In this document: piece by piece, positions 35,591-42,027 of the stretch | Numbering within the stretch: the stretch's first letter is position 1 | Layout of the letters: every line of letters begins with the position of its first letter | IMG/VR virus record: IMGVR_UViG_3300012347_000028 | Coordinates: 1 to 42,027 of that record | From: a virus | Taxonomy: Duplodnaviria > Caudoviricetes | Direction: 5' to 3' (one strand) | Length of the DNA stretch: 42,027 bases | The notes under the pieces: model-generated | The model's database searches: none | Seen by the model: only the letters and a program-made list of their open reading frames with translations | Told to the model about the DNA's origin: nothing | Position numbers and translations under genes: made by a program

Positions 35591-37364
35591 TGATTTTCTC
35601 GAAGCACTTAAGTCTGACGTATTTGCTGAACGACCAGTAGACGCTAAGACATTCGTGGAGGGTGAGCACTATCTTGCCCAACCACCACTGTCTCAGGTAC
35701 AGTACGACATCGTAGAAGCAATGAGCCAGATCTACAGGCTAGAGGATGTCATTGAGCTAATGGGCGATACCGAGGGTAGACGCTATTACAATAAGTATAC
35801 TAAGAATGAAGTTATCCTACAGCTGGGTAAGGGTTCTGGTAAGGACTTTACCTCTACTGTTGCTTGTGCTTATATCGTGTATAAGCTTCTCTGCCTTAAG
35901 GATCCTGCTCGCTACTTTGGCAAGCCTTCTGGTGACGCTATTGATATTATTAACGTTGCTATTAACGCACAGCAGGCTAAGAACGTTTTCTTTAAGGGTT
36001 TCAAGACCAAGATTGAACGGTCTCCTTGGTTTGCTGGAAAGTTCTACGCCAAGGCAGATAGCATTGAGTTTGACCACGCTATCACAGTTTACTCAGGTCA
36101 CTCGGAGCGTGAGTCTCACGAGGGTCTGAACCTTTTGCTTGCAGTTCTCGATGAGATTTCTGGTTTTGCTACAGAGATTGGTACTGGTAACGACCAGGGT
36201 AAGACTGCAGACAACATCTACAAAGCCTTCCGTGCTTCTGTAGACTCTCGTTTCCCAGACTATGGGAAGGTAGCACTGCTATCGTTCCCTCGTTATCCAG
36301 GAGACTTTATTTCTCAGCGGTACGATGCAGTAATCGCAGACAAAGAAGTAGTTACAAAGACTCATAGGTTTATTATGAATCCAGAACTACCAGAGGATGC
36401 AGATGGTAACTACCTAGATATTGAGTGGGACGAAGACACAATTGTTTCGTACAAGTATCCAGGAATGTTTGCCCTTAAGCGTCCTACTTGGGTTGTAAAT
36501 CCTACTCGTAAGATCGACGACTTTAAGCTTGCTTTCTTTACAGACATGGGCGATGCTATGCAGCGTTTTGCTTGCGTACCTACGTTCTCCTCTGACCGCT
36601 TCTTTAAGCAGACAGAGAAACTACGCTCTACCATGACTATGAGAAACCCACTGGACTCGAATAGAAGATTTGACGCAACCTTTGTGCCAGATCCAAACAA
36701 GAGATATTTCGTACACGCTGACCTTGCACAGAAGCATGACAAGTGTGCTGTTGCAATTGCTCACGTAGAGAAGTGGGTAAACATCCAGGTCCTAAAGGAC
36801 TATCAGCAGATTGCCCCAGTGGTAGTTGTAGATGCTGTGGCTTGGTGGGAACCAAAGGTAGAGGGTCCTGTAAACCTATCAGAGGTTAAGCAGTGGATTC
36901 AAAACCTGAGACGACAAGGATTCGATATCGGTATGGTATCGTTCGACCGTTGGCAGTCATTCGATATTCAGAATGAGCTAAAGGCGGTAGGCATGAGAAC
37001 TGAAACAGTTTCTGTTGCCAAAAAGCATTACGAAGATATGGCTATGCTAGTGTATGAAGAAAGACTAGCCATGCCAATGATCGACTTGCTCTTTGAAGAA
37101 CTCTCAGAGCTTAAGATTATGAAGGGTAATCGTGTAGACCACCCTAGAAAGTCTTCCAAGGACCTCGCAGACGCTGTCTGTGGTGCAGTCTTTGGTGCTA
37201 TATCCCACACCTCAAGGGATCAAAACTTAGAGGTAGAAATACACACGTTTAGAGATAGACCAAAAGTTGACCAGGTAGTTGACAGGAATGAATCTAACGT
37301 GATACAATATAAGCCTATGCCGAAAGATGTTCAAGATTACTTGGCTAGGTTCGATTTAATCTAA
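35583..37364 (+). CDS. terL: Terminase large subunit
   Basis: Walker A GKGSGKD, Walker B VLDE, nuclease HADLA, FDRW, DHP..SSKDLADA. Confidence 0.92.
   Translation: MFDDFLEALKSDVFAERPVDAKTFVEGEHYLAQPPLSQVQYDIVEAMSQIYRLEDVIELMGDTEGRRYYNKYTKNEVILQLGKGSGKDFTSTVACAYIVYKLLCLKDPARYFGKPSGDAIDIINVAINAQQAKNVFFKGFKTKIERSPWFAGKFYAKADSIEFDHAITVYSGHSERESHEGLNLLLAVLDEISGFATEIGTGNDQGKTADNIYKAFRASVDSRFPDYGKVALLSFPRYPGDFISQRYDAVIADKEVVTKTHRFIMNPELPEDADGNYLDIEWDEDTIVSYKYPGMFALKRPTWVVNPTRKIDDFKLAFFTDMGDAMQRFACVPTFSSDRFFKQTEKLRSTMTMRNPLDSNRRFDATFVPDPNKRYFVHADLAQKHDKCAVAIAHVEKWVNIQVLKDYQQIAPVVVVDAVAWWEPKVEGPVNLSEVKQWIQNLRRQGFDIGMVSFDRWQSFDIQNELKAVGMRTETVSVAKKHYEDMAMLVYEERLAMPMIDLLFEELSELKIMKGNRVDHPRKSSKDLADAVCGAVFGAISHTSRDQNLEVEIHTFRDRPKVDQVVDRNESNVIQYKPMPKDVQDYLARFDLI
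37279..37308 (+). promoter_or_regulatory. sigma-A promoter in terL 3' end driving the secreted protein gene
   Basis: TTGACA-N18-TACAAT with TG extension. Confidence 0.7.
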
Positions 37365-37388
37365 CTAATATATAAGGAGAAACAAAAT

Positions 37389-38339
37389 ATGACTTCTATT
37401 AAGAAGCCTCTTATTGCTATTGCCTCTGCACTAGCACTCGTAGGAACTGTTCTTTCAGTACCTGCAAACGCTGCAACTGCAGCACTAACCGTTAACGCTG
37501 TTGCAGTTAGCACCGCACCAACCACTGCTGCAAATGCTGTAGCCATTCCTGTACCTGCAGATAACTCTGTAGATGCAACCGATGCCCTTAAGATTGCTCT
37601 TACTGGTGTCGCTACTGGCAGTGCAGTTACTGCAACTGCAACCGATGCACTATTGCTAACCAGCCTAACTGGTGCAACTGCTGCTTCTGGTTCCGCAACT
37701 GTCTCGATCGCTACTGGTACTGGTACCACTGCAGACATCTTCGTATTCACTAAGACTACTAAGACTGGTTCTGTTGCTGTTACTGCCGATGGCGTAACGA
37801 CTACCTACTACGTCAAGGGTACTGCTGGTGCACTTAACAACATTAAGGTAGACGCACCAACCGCTGCTCTAGGAACTACCGCTAAGGTAACTGTTACTGG
37901 CACTGACGTATTCGGTAACGCTGTTTCTGGTTCTGCTGTAGCACTTCAGGTTGTATCTGCAACCGCAACTGCTACCCACTCAATCACCACTGCTGCTGAC
38001 GGTACTGCTGTCAAGGAGTTGGCTGGTCTTGCTGTAGGAACTTATGACCTTCTAGCAACTGCTACTGTAGCAACTGCTGTGACTGGTCTAACCGCTCCTG
38101 TAGGCTTTGTACGTGGCAACCTAAAGGTTGTAGACCTTGCTGCTATCGTAGCAGAGAAGGATGCAGAGCTTGCCATTGCCAAGGGTAAGGCAACTGCCCT
38201 AGAGGCACAGGTCGCTGACCTACAGCTAAAGCTATCACTTGCTGAGGCTAAGGCTGAGGGTAACAAGCGTAAGCACAACGCCCTAGCTGCCAAGTGGAAC
38301 AAGAAGTTCCCAAAGGCTAAGGTAGCACTTCTTAAGTAA
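37389..38339 (+). CDS. Secreted Ala/Thr-rich Ig-like protein with C-terminal coiled coil
   Basis: Sec signal peptide MTSIKKPLIAIASALALVGTVLSVPANA; Big/invasin-like motif TDVFGNAVSG...TAADGTA; basic C-terminus. Confidence 0.75.
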   Translation: MTSIKKPLIAIASALALVGTVLSVPANAATAALTVNAVAVSTAPTTAANAVAIPVPADNSVDATDALKIALTGVATGSAVTATATDALLLTSLTGATAASGSATVSIATGTGTTADIFVFTKTTKTGSVAVTADGVTTTYYVKGTAGALNNIKVDAPTAALGTTAKVTVTGTDVFGNAVSGSAVALQVVSATATATHSITTAADGTAVKELAGLAVGTYDLLATATVATAVTGLTAPVGFVRGNLKVVDLAAIVAEKDAELAIAKGKATALEAQVADLQLKLSLAEAKAEGNKRKHNALAAKWNKKFPKAKVALLK

Positions 38340-38356
38340 GTGTGGTAAAATTGATT

Positions 38357-38386
38357 AGGGAGAGGGTTTCGGCTCTCTCCCTTTTC
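38357..38386 (+). terminator. Intrinsic terminator (UUCG loop)
   Basis: AGGGAGAGGGT-TTCG-GCTCTCTCCCT followed by TTTC. Confidence 0.75.
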
Positions 38387-38419
38387 TATCCCCAATTTTG
38401 AAAAAAGGAGTTAAAATAG

Positions 38420-38813
38420 ATGTCCATAGATATCGTGTACTTTTCAAACTATTCGGGGAATACAAAGAGATTGGTTGAGAAATTAGATGGAACTGCTACT
38501 CGTATTCCTATTGATTGGGATAGCTCTAAGCCTACCCTTGCTCCTCGTGAGTACGTACTTGTTGTACCTACTTATGGTGGGGGTAGCGAAAAGTCTGCAA
38601 TCCCCAGACAGGTTCGACACTTTTTAAATGTTGAACACAACCGTGACCTATTGCGAGGAGTAATAGGCACTGGTAATACAAACTTTGGAGAGCACTACTG
38701 CAAGGCAGCGGTATTGATCTCAGAAAAAACAGGTGTGCCCATTGTTGCAAAAATAGAAATATTTGGCACAGAGGACGACGTACAACAAGTAAATAACCGA
38801 TTGGAGATACTAT

Positions 38814-38821
<8 letters not shown>
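38420..38821 (+). CDS. nrdI: Class Ib ribonucleotide reductase flavodoxin NrdI
   Basis: [28 protein letters not shown]. Confidence 0.95.
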
Positions 38822-41872
<3,051 letters not shown>

Positions 41873-41881
41873 GAGGTAACT

Positions 41882-41929
41882 ATGGACTGCAACTGCGGTG
41901 GCAACTGCCCATGTGGCAAGGATAACTAA
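41882..41929 (+). CDS. 15-aa Cys-rich micropeptide MDCNCGGNCPCGKDN (metallothionein-like)
   Basis: Perfect SD AGGAGGT overlapping the nrdF stop; lies before the operon terminator. Confidence 0.55.
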   Translation: MDCNCGGNCPCGKDN

Positions 41930-41944
41930 ATAAGTAATGGGATT

Positions 41945-41971
41945 GGGCAGCTTCGGCTGCCCTTTCTTTTT
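41945..41971 (+). terminator. Intrinsic terminator of nrd operon
   Basis: GGGCAGC-TTCG-GCTGCCC followed by TTTCTTTTT. Confidence 0.88.
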
Positions 41972-41981
41972 ATCTAAAGAA

Positions 41982-41990
41982 TGCTATAAT
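41982..41990 (+). promoter_or_regulatory. Extended -10 promoter (TGcTATAAT) for next gene outside window
   Basis: TG-n-TATAAT after terminator, with SD AAGGAG near the window end. Confidence 0.7.
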
Positions 41991-42027
41991 TATCTTGTTA
42001 GTCTTAATGTCTAACAAGGAGACCCCA

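Noticed and set aside
38423-38438. NrdR-box-like TCCATAGATATCGTGT at the nrdI start
   Set aside because: Single partial match inside coding sequence; NrdR boxes normally occur as tandem pairs in the promoter.

Overview
This 42-kb window is part of a tailed dsDNA bacteriophage genome (siphovirus-type, about 45% GC by eye, every supported gene on the + strand). The host is most likely an actinobacterium, inferred from class Ib NrdIEF, DnaE, leaderless genes and a gene order resembling large actinophage siphoviruses. Gene order: end of scaffold/prohead protease, major capsid, head-tail connectors, major tail, two tail-assembly chaperones, a 2825-aa tape measure protein (TMP), minor tail proteins, a replication/recombination block (HTH, DnaB, primase, SSB, DnaE, MazG, RecA, resolvases, exonucleases), terminase, a secreted Ig-like protein, and nrdI-nrdE-nrdF. 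Main observations: (1) the TMP carries an internal HipA/PI3K-like kinase domain bracketed by two copies of a ~57-aa repeat, suggesting a virion-injected effector cassette; (2) the tail chaperones G and G-T appear to be two paralogous genes with separate promoters instead of one frameshifted gene; (3) an unannotated 15-aa metallothionein-like Cys micropeptide with a perfect RBS closes the nrdIEF operon; (4) a tandem palindromic operator overlaps the dnaE promoter; (5) a separately transcribed, signal-peptide-bearing Ig-like surface protein. All product calls come from motifs and synteny read by eye; no database search was run.
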